Shown: piece by piece, positions 22,465-29,933 of the stretch | How the letters are laid out: each line of letters starts with the position of its first letter | Position numbering within the stretch: position 1 is the first letter of the stretch | DNA from: a virus | DNA: 45,573 nt | Strand: one strand, 5' to 3' | Virus record (IMG/VR): IMGVR_UViG_3300027365_000002 | Program-made: the position numbers and the translations under genes | Notes under the pieces: model-generated | Databases searched by the model: none | What the model was told of the DNA's origin: nothing | The model's input: only the letters and a program-made list of their open reading frames with translations

Positions 22465-23926
22465 GGTGGCCACCATCCCCCAGCACCCGGCGGCGATGCC
22501 GCCGGTCTCGCTGACCAGCACGCCGATGCGCCACCAGCAGGCGGCGTTCGAGAAGATGCTGCCCAGCCGGGTCGGAGCCCTGTTCATGGACATGGGGACC
22601 GGCAAGAGCCTGGTGGTGATCATGCTGGCGCTGGCGCGCCGCGAGAAGATCAGCCGGGTGGTGTGGTGCTGCCCGGTCTCGCTCAAGCGCAACACGGCGC
22701 GGCAGATCCTGACCCACACCGATGCCACCGAGGATGACGTGTTCCTGTTCGACGATCGGGTGACCGATGCCGCATTGCCCGCCGTCGGGTGGGTGATTGT
22801 CGGGCTGGAGAGCATCGGCGGAAGCGACCGGGTAACCATGGCGCTGAACGCCCTGGTCGATGAACGGACGATGGTGGTCTGTGACGAGTCGAGCTACATC
22901 AAGGGCCATCGCGCCAAGCGCACCCGCCGGCTGACGCTGATCGCCAACCGCGCCCGGTATCGGCTGGTGCTCAACGGCACGCCGATCAGTCAGGGCGTCG
23001 AGGATCTCTACGCTCAGATGCGGTTCCTGAGCGAGCGCATCCTCGGCTACCGCTCGTGGTATTCGTTCCAGCGTGCGCATCTGGAGTGGAGCGAGAAATT
23101 CAAGGGGCGCATCGACAGCCGCCGCGGCGAGGACTACCTGACCGCGCGCATGGCGCCCTACGTCTACCAGGTGACCAAGGACGAGTGCCTCGACCTGCCC
23201 GAGAAACTGCCGGCATCGGCGCGCTATGTGAGTCTGACGCCCGAGCAGCAGGACCTCTACGAGGCAGCGAAGATCCGCTTCGAGAACGAGGTGATGAACC
23301 TCGAGGAAGAGGACATGATGGGCGTCATCGTCTATCGGCTGTTCGGCGCGCTGCAGGCAATCGCCAGCGGTGTGGTGCCGGCCGGCTTCGAGGGCCACGG
23401 CCAGCCGATCGCCAACCGCAAAATCGACGAGCTGATCGCCGCGCTGCGCCAGATCGAGGATCGGCACGTCGTCGTCTGGTGCCGCTACCAGGCCAACGTC
23501 GAACAGATCGAGGCGGCCCTGGCCGAGGAGCGCCCTGAAATGCCGGTGATGACCTACTACGGCGATCTCAACGAGCGCCAACGCGATGCCAACCTGCAGG
23601 CGTGGGTCGAGCGCGGCGGGGTGTTCCTGGCCACGGCCAGCTGCGGCGGTTACGGGCTCAACGAGTTGGTCGAGGCCCGCTACGCGTTGTTTTTCAGCAA
23701 TGCGTTCAAGTACAGCGAGCGCCTGCAGGCCGAGGATCGTCTGCACCGCCCGGGCCAGACCCGCAACGTCGGCTACGTCGACCTCTGGGCCCGCTGCGGC
23801 ATCGAGGAGCGCATCGAGTCCGCGTTGTACCGCAAGGGCGACGCGCTGGAGACGTTTCGCCGAGAGCTCGACACTGCCCGCCACCGCGGTAAGGGCGCCG
23901 TTGAAACCCTGTTCAGGAGCCTGTGA
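22457..23926 (+). CDS. SNF2-family helicase/ATPase
   Basis: Motif I is DMGTGKS, motif II VVCDESS and motif III LNGTPISQG. C-terminal motifs are LATASCGGYGLN and QAEDRLHRPGQ. Confidence 0.9.
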   Translation: MTEVATIPQHPAAMPPVSLTSTPMRHQQAAFEKMLPSRVGALFMDMGTGKSLVVIMLALARREKISRVVWCCPVSLKRNTARQILTHTDATEDDVFLFDDRVTDAALPAVGWVIVGLESIGGSDRVTMALNALVDERTMVVCDESSYIKGHRAKRTRRLTLIANRARYRLVLNGTPISQGVEDLYAQMRFLSERILGYRSWYSFQRAHLEWSEKFKGRIDSRRGEDYLTARMAPYVYQVTKDECLDLPEKLPASARYVSLTPEQQDLYEAAKIRFENEVMNLEEEDMMGVIVYRLFGALQAIASGVVPAGFEGHGQPIANRKIDELIAALRQIEDRHVVVWCRYQANVEQIEAALAEERPEMPVMTYYGDLNERQRDANLQAWVERGGVFLATASCGGYGLNELVEARYALFFSNAFKYSERLQAEDRLHRPGQTRNVGYVDLWARCGIEERIESALYRKGDALETFRRELDTARHRGKGAVETLFRSL

Positions 23927-25218
23927 TGGCCACGCACACGCTACCCATCGATGTTTACCAGGCCGCCATGCAGCGTCTGGACTACGTGTTCACCCACTTC
24001 GACAACGTCTATGTGTCGTTCTCCGGCGGCAAGGATTCCGGTGTGCTGCTGGAGCTGGCGCTGGCCTACCTGCGTGAGCATGCGCCGCATCGCCGGCTCG
24101 GTGTCTTCCACATCGACTACGAGGCCCAGTACACGGCCACCACCGAGTACGTCGACCGTACCTACCACCGCCTGGCCGGCGAGATCGACAACCTGCGCTG
24201 CTGCGTGCCGCTGAAATGCCCGACCTGCACCAGCATGCATCAGATGCATTGGCGCCCCTGGGATCCAGAGCAGCGCGAGGTGTGGGTGCGCGACCTGCCT
24301 GATGAGTACCTGGGCCCCGAGGCGTTCGATTTCCTGACGCCCGAGATGAGCGACTATGACTTCCAGGAGCGCTTCTCGACCTGGTACCACCAGCGCCAGC
24401 AGGCGACCCGGACCTGCGTGCTGGTCGGCATCCGCGCCGAGGAGAGCCTTGATCGCTGGCGCACGATCGTCAGCGACCGCAACATCAACAAGTTCGAGGG
24501 ACGCGTGTGGACCACGCGGGTCGGCGAGGGCGTCTACAACGCCTACCCGATCTATGACTGGTCGACCGAGGATGTCTGGACGGCCAACGCCCGGTTCGGC
24601 TGGGACTACAACGTGCTCTACGACCTGATGCACTACGCCGGGGTGCCGCTGCATGCCCAGCGCGTCGCCTCGCCGTTCCACAACGCCGCCAAGGCGAGCC
24701 TGAGCCTGTACCGGGTCATCGACCCGCAGGTGTGGGGCAAGATGGTGTCGCGGGTTAACGGCGTGAATTTCACCGCCATCTACGGAAGCACCACGGCGAT
24801 GGGCTGGAAGAACATCACCAAGCCGCAGCACTTCACCTGGAAGCAGTACGCGCTGTTCCTGCTCGACACCCTGCCGCCGGAGACCGCCGAGGCGTTCCGC
24901 CAGAAGCTGGCGACCAGCATCAAGTTCTGGCGCGAGCGGGGCGGGGTGCTGGGCGAGGCCGCCATTGCCGACCTGCGTGATGCCGGCATCGAGCACGAGG
25001 TGGGGTCGTCCACCAACTACAAGACCGATAAGCTGCCGGTGCGCATGGAGTATGCCGACGAGGTCGACAGCAAGGATTTCCGGCTGATCCCGACCTGGAA
25101 GCGGCTGTGCGTGACCATCCTGAAAAACGACCACGTCGGCAAGTACATGGGCTTCAGCCAGACCAAGGCCGAGATGGCCAAGCGCAAGGCAGCCCTCGAG
25201 AAATACAAGGATCTGTGA
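23926..25218 (+). CDS. PAPS-reductase-family PP-loop ATPase (IbrA/DndC-like, with a long C-terminal extension)
   Basis: ATG 23926 overlaps the helicase stop (TGATG) and has an AGGAG RBS. The PP-loop is VSFSGGKDSGVLLELA. The roughly 430-aa length and conserved WxxxW/Y-rich C-terminal half resemble DUF3440-type IbrA proteins. Confidence 0.8.
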   Translation: MATHTLPIDVYQAAMQRLDYVFTHFDNVYVSFSGGKDSGVLLELALAYLREHAPHRRLGVFHIDYEAQYTATTEYVDRTYHRLAGEIDNLRCCVPLKCPTCTSMHQMHWRPWDPEQREVWVRDLPDEYLGPEAFDFLTPEMSDYDFQERFSTWYHQRQQATRTCVLVGIRAEESLDRWRTIVSDRNINKFEGRVWTTRVGEGVYNAYPIYDWSTEDVWTANARFGWDYNVLYDLMHYAGVPLHAQRVASPFHNAAKASLSLYRVIDPQVWGKMVSRVNGVNFTAIYGSTTAMGWKNITKPQHFTWKQYALFLLDTLPPETAEAFRQKLATSIKFWRERGGVLGEAAIADLRDAGIEHEVGSSTNYKTDKLPVRMEYADEVDSKDFRLIPTWKRLCVTILKNDHVGKYMGFSQTKAEMAKRKAALEKYKDL

Positions 25219-25220
25219 CC

Positions 25221-25658
25221 ATGGCGATCAAGGAATACGTCCACGGCGGCGGCAAGGACTACCAGCTGTGGGGCAATGTGGGGCGGTTCGTGATGGACCG
25301 CAAGATCCAGCAGCTGATGGGCAACTGCATCTCGTCTGACCCGGGCGACATCTGGTGGGTGTCGCTGACCCACAAGAGCGAAACGAAGGGGTTCGCCGCC
25401 GCGCGGCCGATGAAGAACGGCACGCTGTACCTGCGCTACTTCTACAGCGCCGAGCAGAACGCCCTGGGGCTGAGCGAGGAGGTGCTGGTCCGCAAAGCCA
25501 TCAACCACGCCCGGGAGAAGGGCATGCCGCTCGTCTACACCTACTGGCACCGTGATTCCGAACTGCTCGCCAAGCTGGGCTTCACCGCCAAGCCCGGGCC
25601 GAAGAACAAGGGCCACTTCATCCGCTGGGAGCTCAACCTCGAGGAGGGCAAGTCATGA
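25221..25658 (+). CDS. Small hypothetical protein, possibly a GNAT-like fold
   Basis: Start at ATG 25221, 2 nt after the upstream stop. LYLRYFYSAEQNALGLSEEVLVRKAINHAREKGMPLVYTYWHRDSELLAKLGF loosely fits the GNAT motif A/B layout. This assignment is weak. Confidence 0.35.
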   Translation: MAIKEYVHGGGKDYQLWGNVGRFVMDRKIQQLMGNCISSDPGDIWWVSLTHKSETKGFAAARPMKNGTLYLRYFYSAEQNALGLSEEVLVRKAINHAREKGMPLVYTYWHRDSELLAKLGFTAKPGPKNKGHFIRWELNLEEGKS

Positions 25659-26203
25659 CCAGCCCCGTCTACAACGTCATCGCCGTGCCGGTCGACAAGG
25701 TCCAGGCCAACGCGTACAACCCCAACGCCGTGGCACCGCCGGAGATGAAGCTGCTGGAACTGTCGATATGGGAAGACGGATTCACCATGCCAGTGGTCTG
25801 CTACTACCTCGAGGACGAGGACCGCTACGAGATCGTCGACGGCTACCACCGCTACACGGTGCTCAAGACCAGCCAGCGGATCCACGAGCGCGAGGGCGGC
25901 ATGCTGCCGGTGACGGTGATCGACAAGCCGATCAGCGACCGCATGGCCTCGACCATCCGCCACAACCGTGCCAGGGGTACGCACGACGTCAGCCTGATGC
26001 GCGACATCGTCGGCGAGCTGGTGGAGTCGGGCATGTCCGATGCCTGGATCATGAAGCACATCGGCATGGACGCCGACGAGCTGCTGCGACTCAAGCAGAT
26101 CAGTGGCATCGCGGCGCTGTTCAAGGACCGCGAGTTCAGCCAGGCCTGGGCGAAGAACGAAGCGGATGCCAAGTGGTACAACGAGGAGGTGTCCGATGCC
26201 TGA
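25655..26203 (+). CDS. ParB/Srx-like nuclease-domain protein (IbrB/DndB-like)
   Basis: ATGA overlap with the upstream gene. V.VDKV.AN.YNPN......EMKLLELSI.EDGF..PVV........YEIVDGYHRY is the ParB N-terminal-domain pattern. Confidence 0.8.
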   Translation: MTSPVYNVIAVPVDKVQANAYNPNAVAPPEMKLLELSIWEDGFTMPVVCYYLEDEDRYEIVDGYHRYTVLKTSQRIHEREGGMLPVTVIDKPISDRMASTIRHNRARGTHDVSLMRDIVGELVESGMSDAWIMKHIGMDADELLRLKQISGIAALFKDREFSQAWAKNEADAKWYNEEVSDA

Positions 26204-27263
26204 TATTCCTCGTCCACGCGAGCACCTTGCCGCTGCCGGGAGGCTCTACAAAGGCGCCTGGAAGCGCATCGACCACTTCCGTGCTGGTCGCGCCCGGGAG
26301 TACCCGGACTGGCCCGACTGGTGCTTCATTCCCATCGCTGCCACCTATGGCATCGTCGCCGATGATGCCGGGGTGGATGGCAGCATGCTGGCGCTGACCC
26401 ACCCCGAGCGGCTGGCCGACCCGGCGCGCCTGGCAGCGTTGGCAAGCTGGCGCATCACTCAGGGCATCTACCGGTTCGACCCGGCGCTCTATGCCAGCGT
26501 GGTAGACACGCCCGTGGAGCGTGACCTGCCTTGTGATGTGCTCTACCGGATGCCGGAGTGGTGCGTCTACGTTGAGACGCCTGATAGGGAGTGGCTGGGC
26601 AGTCGCCTGTATGGGTTCTGGGCACACCTGGAGTACGACATCAATACGGGGCGTCATGAGCTGCGCCTGCTGCTAGACAGCGAAGCGGATCTGACGCCAT
26701 TGCCAGTGCATCTGGGTGACTGGCCGCTGTTCGAGGCGCTGGAGCGTGCGCAGAAAGAAGCGCTGCGCCAAAGCATCGACAAGGGGCTGACTCGCTGGGC
26801 CGAGGGGCTGGCCAAGAACGACGTGGCGACCGGGATTGAAGCCGAGGTCGGGCCGTTGATCTCGCTGCTGCTGTACTTGTGCAGCCAGCCCGACGAGATC
26901 GGTGCCGAGGGTCGTCGGCCCGGTAATCCGCGGCCCAAACGGACAAAGCAGGGCTGGCGCCTGTTCCCGGCCGACAAGCCGTCAACTTGGGATGTCGGTG
27001 TGCGGATCGGCAATGCGCTGCGGCGTGCCTATCACCAGGCAGAAACGGATCAGCAGCCGGTCGGCGAGGGTGGTCGTTCGCGGCCTCGCGCACACGTCCG
27101 GCGGGCGCATTGGCACGGCTACTGGAAGGGGCCACGCGATCCGGAGCGCGCCGAGGAGCGTCGCTTTGACCTGCGTTGGCAGCCACCGATCGCGGTCAAT
27201 GTCGTGGACACCGACCGGCTGCCGGCCGTGGTGCGGCCCGTGAAAGGAGGTGAGCAGTCATGA
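26196..27263 (+). CDS. Hypothetical 355-aa protein with a basic C-terminal region
   Basis: Start at ATG 26196 after GAGGAGG, with an 8-nt overlap on the ParB-like gene. The C-terminus is RPGNPRPKRTKQGWRLF...RPRAHVRRAHWHGYWKGPR. No family was recognised. Confidence 0.65.
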   Translation: MPDIPRPREHLAAAGRLYKGAWKRIDHFRAGRAREYPDWPDWCFIPIAATYGIVADDAGVDGSMLALTHPERLADPARLAALASWRITQGIYRFDPALYASVVDTPVERDLPCDVLYRMPEWCVYVETPDREWLGSRLYGFWAHLEYDINTGRHELRLLLDSEADLTPLPVHLGDWPLFEALERAQKEALRQSIDKGLTRWAEGLAKNDVATGIEAEVGPLISLLLYLCSQPDEIGAEGRRPGNPRPKRTKQGWRLFPADKPSTWDVGVRIGNALRRAYHQAETDQQPVGEGGRSRPRAHVRRAHWHGYWKGPRDPERAEERRFDLRWQPPIAVNVVDTDRLPAVVRPVKGGEQS

Positions 27264-27457
27264 CTGAGCCAAAGTCCACATACCGGCGCGTCGCCAAGCA
27301 CCGCGCCAAGCTGTCCGAGACCGGCGGCCGACGGCTGGACCTGCTGTTGTCGCCCGAGGCCAATGCCGCCGCCGAGCATCTGATCGAGAGTGGCGTTGCC
27401 AGCAACCTGACCGCGCTGATCAACCAACTTCTGATTGAGAAGAATCAGAACAACTAG
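27260..27457 (+). CDS. Small ribbon-helix-helix-like regulator (YbfE/CopG-like pattern)
   Basis: ATGA overlap with the upstream gene. YRRVAKHRAKLSETGGRRLDLLLSPEANAAAEHLIESG...LTALINQLL resembles LexA-regulated YbfE/CopG-type proteins. Confidence 0.5.
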   Translation: MTEPKSTYRRVAKHRAKLSETGGRRLDLLLSPEANAAAEHLIESGVASNLTALINQLLIEKNQNN

Positions 27458-27460
27458 ATG

Positions 27461-27494
27461 TTGTGCTGACTCCACAGTTGATCTACCATATATG
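27461..27494 (+). promoter_or_regulatory. Candidate promoter(s) upstream of the terminator-tRNA-lysis unit
   Basis: Either TTGTGC (27461-66) plus 17 nt plus TACCAT (27484-89), or TGACTC (27467-72) plus 16 nt plus TATATG (27489-94). Neither is close to consensus. Confidence 0.3.
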
Positions 27495-27531
27495 TAGCTT
27501 GGCGATTGTTCCGCCCAGCGCCACTCACACA

Positions 27532-27566
27532 ACGCCCTGCCGGCCTCCCGGCGGGGCGTTTTCGTT
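27532..27566 (+). terminator. Strong rho-independent terminator
   Basis: A 12-bp stem, ACGCCCTGCCGG (27532-43) with CCGGCGGGGCGT (27548-59) including one G-U pair, has the loop cctc and is followed by TTTTCGTT. Confidence 0.8.
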
Positions 27567-27568
27567 GC

Positions 27569-27643
27569 AGCGGGTGAGTCAGACGGTCAAGACGCCGGGC
27601 TCATATCCCGGAGAAAGTGGTTCGACTCCACTACCCGCTACCA
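27569..27643 (+). tRNA. tRNA-Met (anticodon CAT), initiator-like anticodon arm, genomically encoded CCA
   Basis: Hand-folded, 75 nt. Acceptor AGCGGGT pairs with ACCCGCT. The D arm is GTCA-gacggtca-AGAC with one A.A mismatch. The anticodon arm is CCGGG-CTCATAT-CCCGG and the T arm is AGTGG-TTCGACT-CCACT, followed by A-CCA. Position 8 is G rather than the usual U. Confidence 0.7.
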
Positions 27644-27721
27644 GTAAAGCCGCCCGGCAGCGTTCCCCGCGCCCGTAGCCCATGTCCCGCCGGGCGGCCC
27701 CTATACCCCAGAGGCCTCGTC

Positions 27722-28258
27722 ATGACTGCCTATGCACCCCGCAACTGGCTCGGCGAGGCCGAGCTGGTGCCGTTCGATCCGCCTGTTGATCCCGCCGCCG
27801 ATGATGCCGGCAACCTGGCCGCGTTCTTCGACATGCTGGCGCACAGCGAGGGCACGGCCCGGTTCGGCGACCAGGATGGCTACAACGTGCTGGTCGGCGG
27901 CAGCCTGTTCCACAGCTATGCCGATCACCCCCGCCGCTCGGTCTGGCTGCCGGCCTATGGCATCCACAGCACGGCGGCGGGCCGCTACCAGTTCCTCGAG
28001 TCGACCTGGGACGACCTGGCCAACCGGTTCGACCTGGTCGACTTCACCCCGGCCAGCCAGGATGCCGCTGCCATGCAGCTGGTCCGCCAGTGCAAGGCGC
28101 TGCGGCTGATCTACGACGGCCACATCCGCGATGCCATCCATGCCTGCCGCTCGATCTGGGCGAGCCTTCCCGGTGCGGGCTATGGGCAGCGCGAGGTGGC
28201 GTTGGCTGAGCTGATCGACGTGTACCGCCAGGCCGGCGGCCACGTCGCAGAACGATAA
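27722..28258 (+). CDS. R: Endolysin, lambda R-type lytic transglycosylase
   Basis: Collinear with lambda R. FFDMLAHSEGT aligns with FLDMLAWSEGT, GYNVLVGG with GYDVIVGG, AAGRYQFL with GAGRYQLL, and IWASLPGAGYGQ is identical. The start was trimmed to ATG 27722 because the track start overlaps the tRNA. Confidence 0.95.
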   Translation: MTAYAPRNWLGEAELVPFDPPVDPAADDAGNLAAFFDMLAHSEGTARFGDQDGYNVLVGGSLFHSYADHPRRSVWLPAYGIHSTAAGRYQFLESTWDDLANRFDLVDFTPASQDAAAMQLVRQCKALRLIYDGHIRDAIHACRSIWASLPGAGYGQREVALAELIDVYRQAGGHVAER

Positions 28259-28295
28259 CCCTACCGGTACGCGGGCAGCTTGCGAGGTGCCCAAC

Positions 28296-28646
28296 ATGAA
28301 CCGCAAACACGAGAAACGCGCCATGCAGGAACGTGACCCGGAACTGTGGAAGCGGGCGATCGAGTATCTGCCCAACCTGCTGGCCGCACTCCTGACGTTC
28401 GCCATCGCATTGTTCCGCGGCATGCAGGACGGTGGGCCGTGGCGCAAGGCGCTGCTGGGTGCGCTGGTATGCACATTCTTGACCGTCGGCCTGTTCCCGT
28501 TGTTCCAGGAGTTGGCCGGCCGCTATGACCTGGCGCCATCGGTGGCGCTGGCGCCGTGTGTGTTCCTGGGATTCCTCGGGACGGAGTGGATGCGCAACAA
28601 GGCGGACGACATCTACGACATCGTCATCGGCCGGTGGCGTCGGTGA
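28296..28646 (+). CDS. S: Holin, lambda S family (three TM segments)
   Basis: Start at ATG 28296, 6 nt after GAGGTG. FAIALFRGMQDGGPWRKALLGALVC...VFLGFLGTE aligns with lambda S [25 protein letters not shown]...VFIGYIGTD. Confidence 0.85.
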   Translation: MNRKHEKRAMQERDPELWKRAIEYLPNLLAALLTFAIALFRGMQDGGPWRKALLGALVCTFLTVGLFPLFQELAGRYDLAPSVALAPCVFLGFLGTEWMRNKADDIYDIVIGRWRR

Positions 28647-29095
28647 TGGGCCTGCTGCGCCTGGTGCCGGGTTGGCTGTGGCTGACGCTGCTGGTCGCCG
28701 CGGCCGGTGCCCTGGGCTGGTGGCGCATCGAGGCGGTCACCGCCCAGCGGGATGCTGCCCGCGCCCGGATCGAGACGTCCGAGGCTCGGGCCGCCGCGCT
28801 GCAGAGCGCGCTGGACTACCGCCGTGCCGAGGCCAAGCGCCTGAGTGCTGCCCTGGCTGACCGGGAGGCGGCGCTGGCCGATGCCAACCAGCAGATCGCC
28901 GGCGCCCGCCGCGACCTGCGCCAGCTGGAGACGATCGATGCGGAGACTCGTGACTGGGCTGATCAGCCTGTGCCTGACGCTATTGATGGCTGGGTGCGCC
29001 GCCTCGGCCAAGCCGGTGCCAACGGCCATGATGCCGACCGTGCCGGCCAGCCTGACCCGAGCTCTGCCGGCGCCACAGCTGCCCGTCACGAGTAA
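28646..29095 (+). CDS. i-spanin (Rz-like)
   Basis: ATG 28646 overlaps the holin stop (TGATG). It has an N-terminal TM (LVPGWLWLTLLVAAAGALGWW) followed by an Ala/Arg/Glu-rich coiled coil. Confidence 0.8.
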   Translation: MGLLRLVPGWLWLTLLVAAAGALGWWRIEAVTAQRDAARARIETSEARAAALQSALDYRRAEAKRLSAALADREAALADANQQIAGARRDLRQLETIDAETRDWADQPVPDAIDGWVRRLGQAGANGHDADRAGQPDPSSAGATAARHE

Positions 29096-29207
29096 CCGCG
29101 ACTTGCTCGAGCTGCTGGCTCAGTACGAATCGCTGCGCCGCCGGGCCAATGCCGACCGCGCGGCCGTGGTGGAGATCCTGCAGAACGATGTCGGCGGGGA
29201 TGAGTGA
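28938..29207 (+). CDS. o-spanin (Rz1-like lipoprotein), overlapped architecture
   Basis: ATG 28938 lies in the +1 frame inside the i-spanin gene. MRRLVTGLISLCLTLLMAGCAAS carries a lipobox (LMAGC). The gene extends 112 nt past the i-spanin stop. Confidence 0.8.
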   Translation: MRRLVTGLISLCLTLLMAGCAASAKPVPTAMMPTVPASLTRALPAPQLPVTSNRDLLELLAQYESLRRRANADRAAVVEILQNDVGGDE

Positions 29208-29353
29208 CGCCGCGTGCTGGCCGACCAGCGCCCAGGCCCGGCGCGGCGGGTCCTCCCGGGGCACCCCAAGGCAGGCCACGGGGACGCGCAGTCGCGGAAT
29301 TCGACAAATTTTCGGCGCCCCTGGGTCGTCAGCAGCACCGCCCTCGAGCCCGC

Positions 29354-29412
29354 ATGGTGCCTGACTTCCGGGGTGCCGATGGTGCCGAAATCGAAAGGGG
29401 TGTGGTGCCGAA
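29354..29412 (+). repeat. Four direct GGTGCC(GA) repeats upstream of the small terminase gene (candidate terminase-binding / cosB-like sites)
   Basis: GGTGCC occurs at 29356-61, 29372-77, 29381-86 and 29404-09. The last three read GGTGCCGA. They lie in a 222-bp non-coding gap. Confidence 0.4.
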
Positions 29413-29429
29413 CATAGGATGACCAACGT

Positions 29430-29933
29430 GTGGCAGAGATCAATCGCCTGGAAGAGGCCTACAACTGGAACATCACCAGGCTGGCCGACGCGTTTGGTCT
29501 GCACCGCGACACGGTCCGCAAGCGCCTGAAGGAAGCGGGTGTAGTGCCAGCGGGTAGCCGCAACGGCGCCAACGTCTACGCGCTCAAGGATGCCGGCCCG
29601 GCGTTGTTCGGCGAAACGATGGCAGCCTCGGGCTACGACCCCGACGATCTTCCGCCGCAGGATCGCAAGGCCTGGTTCCAGTCAGAGAACGAGCGCGTGA
29701 AGCTCGAGAAGGACATGCGCCTTCTTGTGCCGGTGGAAGAGGCTCACCGCGAGATGAGTCGTCTGGCCAAGGCGGTGGCGTCCGGGCTCGACTCCCTGGC
29801 CGACATGCTCGAGCGCGATGCCGGCCTGGCGCCGGAAGCGATCGAGATGGTCGAGCAGGTGACCGATAACCTGCGCGAGCAGATGTACCAGACGATCATC
29901 GATGACGAGGGCGGCGAGGTGGCCGATGGGTAG
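29430..29933 (+). CDS. terS: Terminase small subunit (Nu1/DUF1441-like winged HTH)
   Basis: GTG start. The N-terminal NITRLADAFGLHRDTVRKRLKEAGVVPAG.RNGANVYALKDA parallels lambda Nu1 KKQLADIFGASIRTIQNWQEQGMPV...GNEVLYDSA. It lies immediately upstream of the gpA-type large subunit. Confidence 0.7.
   Translation: MAEINRLEEAYNWNITRLADAFGLHRDTVRKRLKEAGVVPAGSRNGANVYALKDAGPALFGETMAASGYDPDDLPPQDRKAWFQSENERVKLEKDMRLLVPVEEAHREMSRLAKAVASGLDSLADMLERDAGLAPEAIEMVEQVTDNLREQMYQTIIDDEGGEVADG

Noticed and set aside
21163-22839. Very long minus-strand ORFs: 21163..22839 (558 aa), 22304..23884 (526 aa), 23941..25134 (397 aa), 29896..32007 (703 aa), 34879..36300 (473 aa), 37779..39191 (470 aa) and 40784..41929 (381 aa).
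   Set aside because: They are antisense shadows of confidently recognised plus-strand genes (SNF2, PP-loop enzyme, terminase, capsid, tail tube, TMP) in high-GC DNA. Their products are Arg/Gly/Ala/Pro/Leu-rich low-complexity sequence, with no RBS or operon logic.
25221-25658. A confident GNAT acetyltransferase (Mom-like) call for the 145-aa protein.
   Set aside because: Only a loose motif A/B resemblance is visible by eye, and the Q/R-x-x-G-x-G/A signature is not clean. It is kept as a low-confidence note pending profile search.
27569-27643. The tRNA-like sequence could be an attP core or a remnant of a host tRNA captured at an integration site.
   Set aside because: It lies 22 kb from the integrase, is a complete cloverleaf with both acceptor strands, and sits in a typical late-region position for a phage tRNA. 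A pseudogene cannot be fully excluded because of G8 and the D-stem mismatch.
27617-27721. An N-terminal extension of the endolysin ORF (track start 27617).
   Set aside because: It would overlap the 3' half of the tRNA and encodes Pro/Arg-rich sequence. Homology to lambda R begins after ATG 27722.
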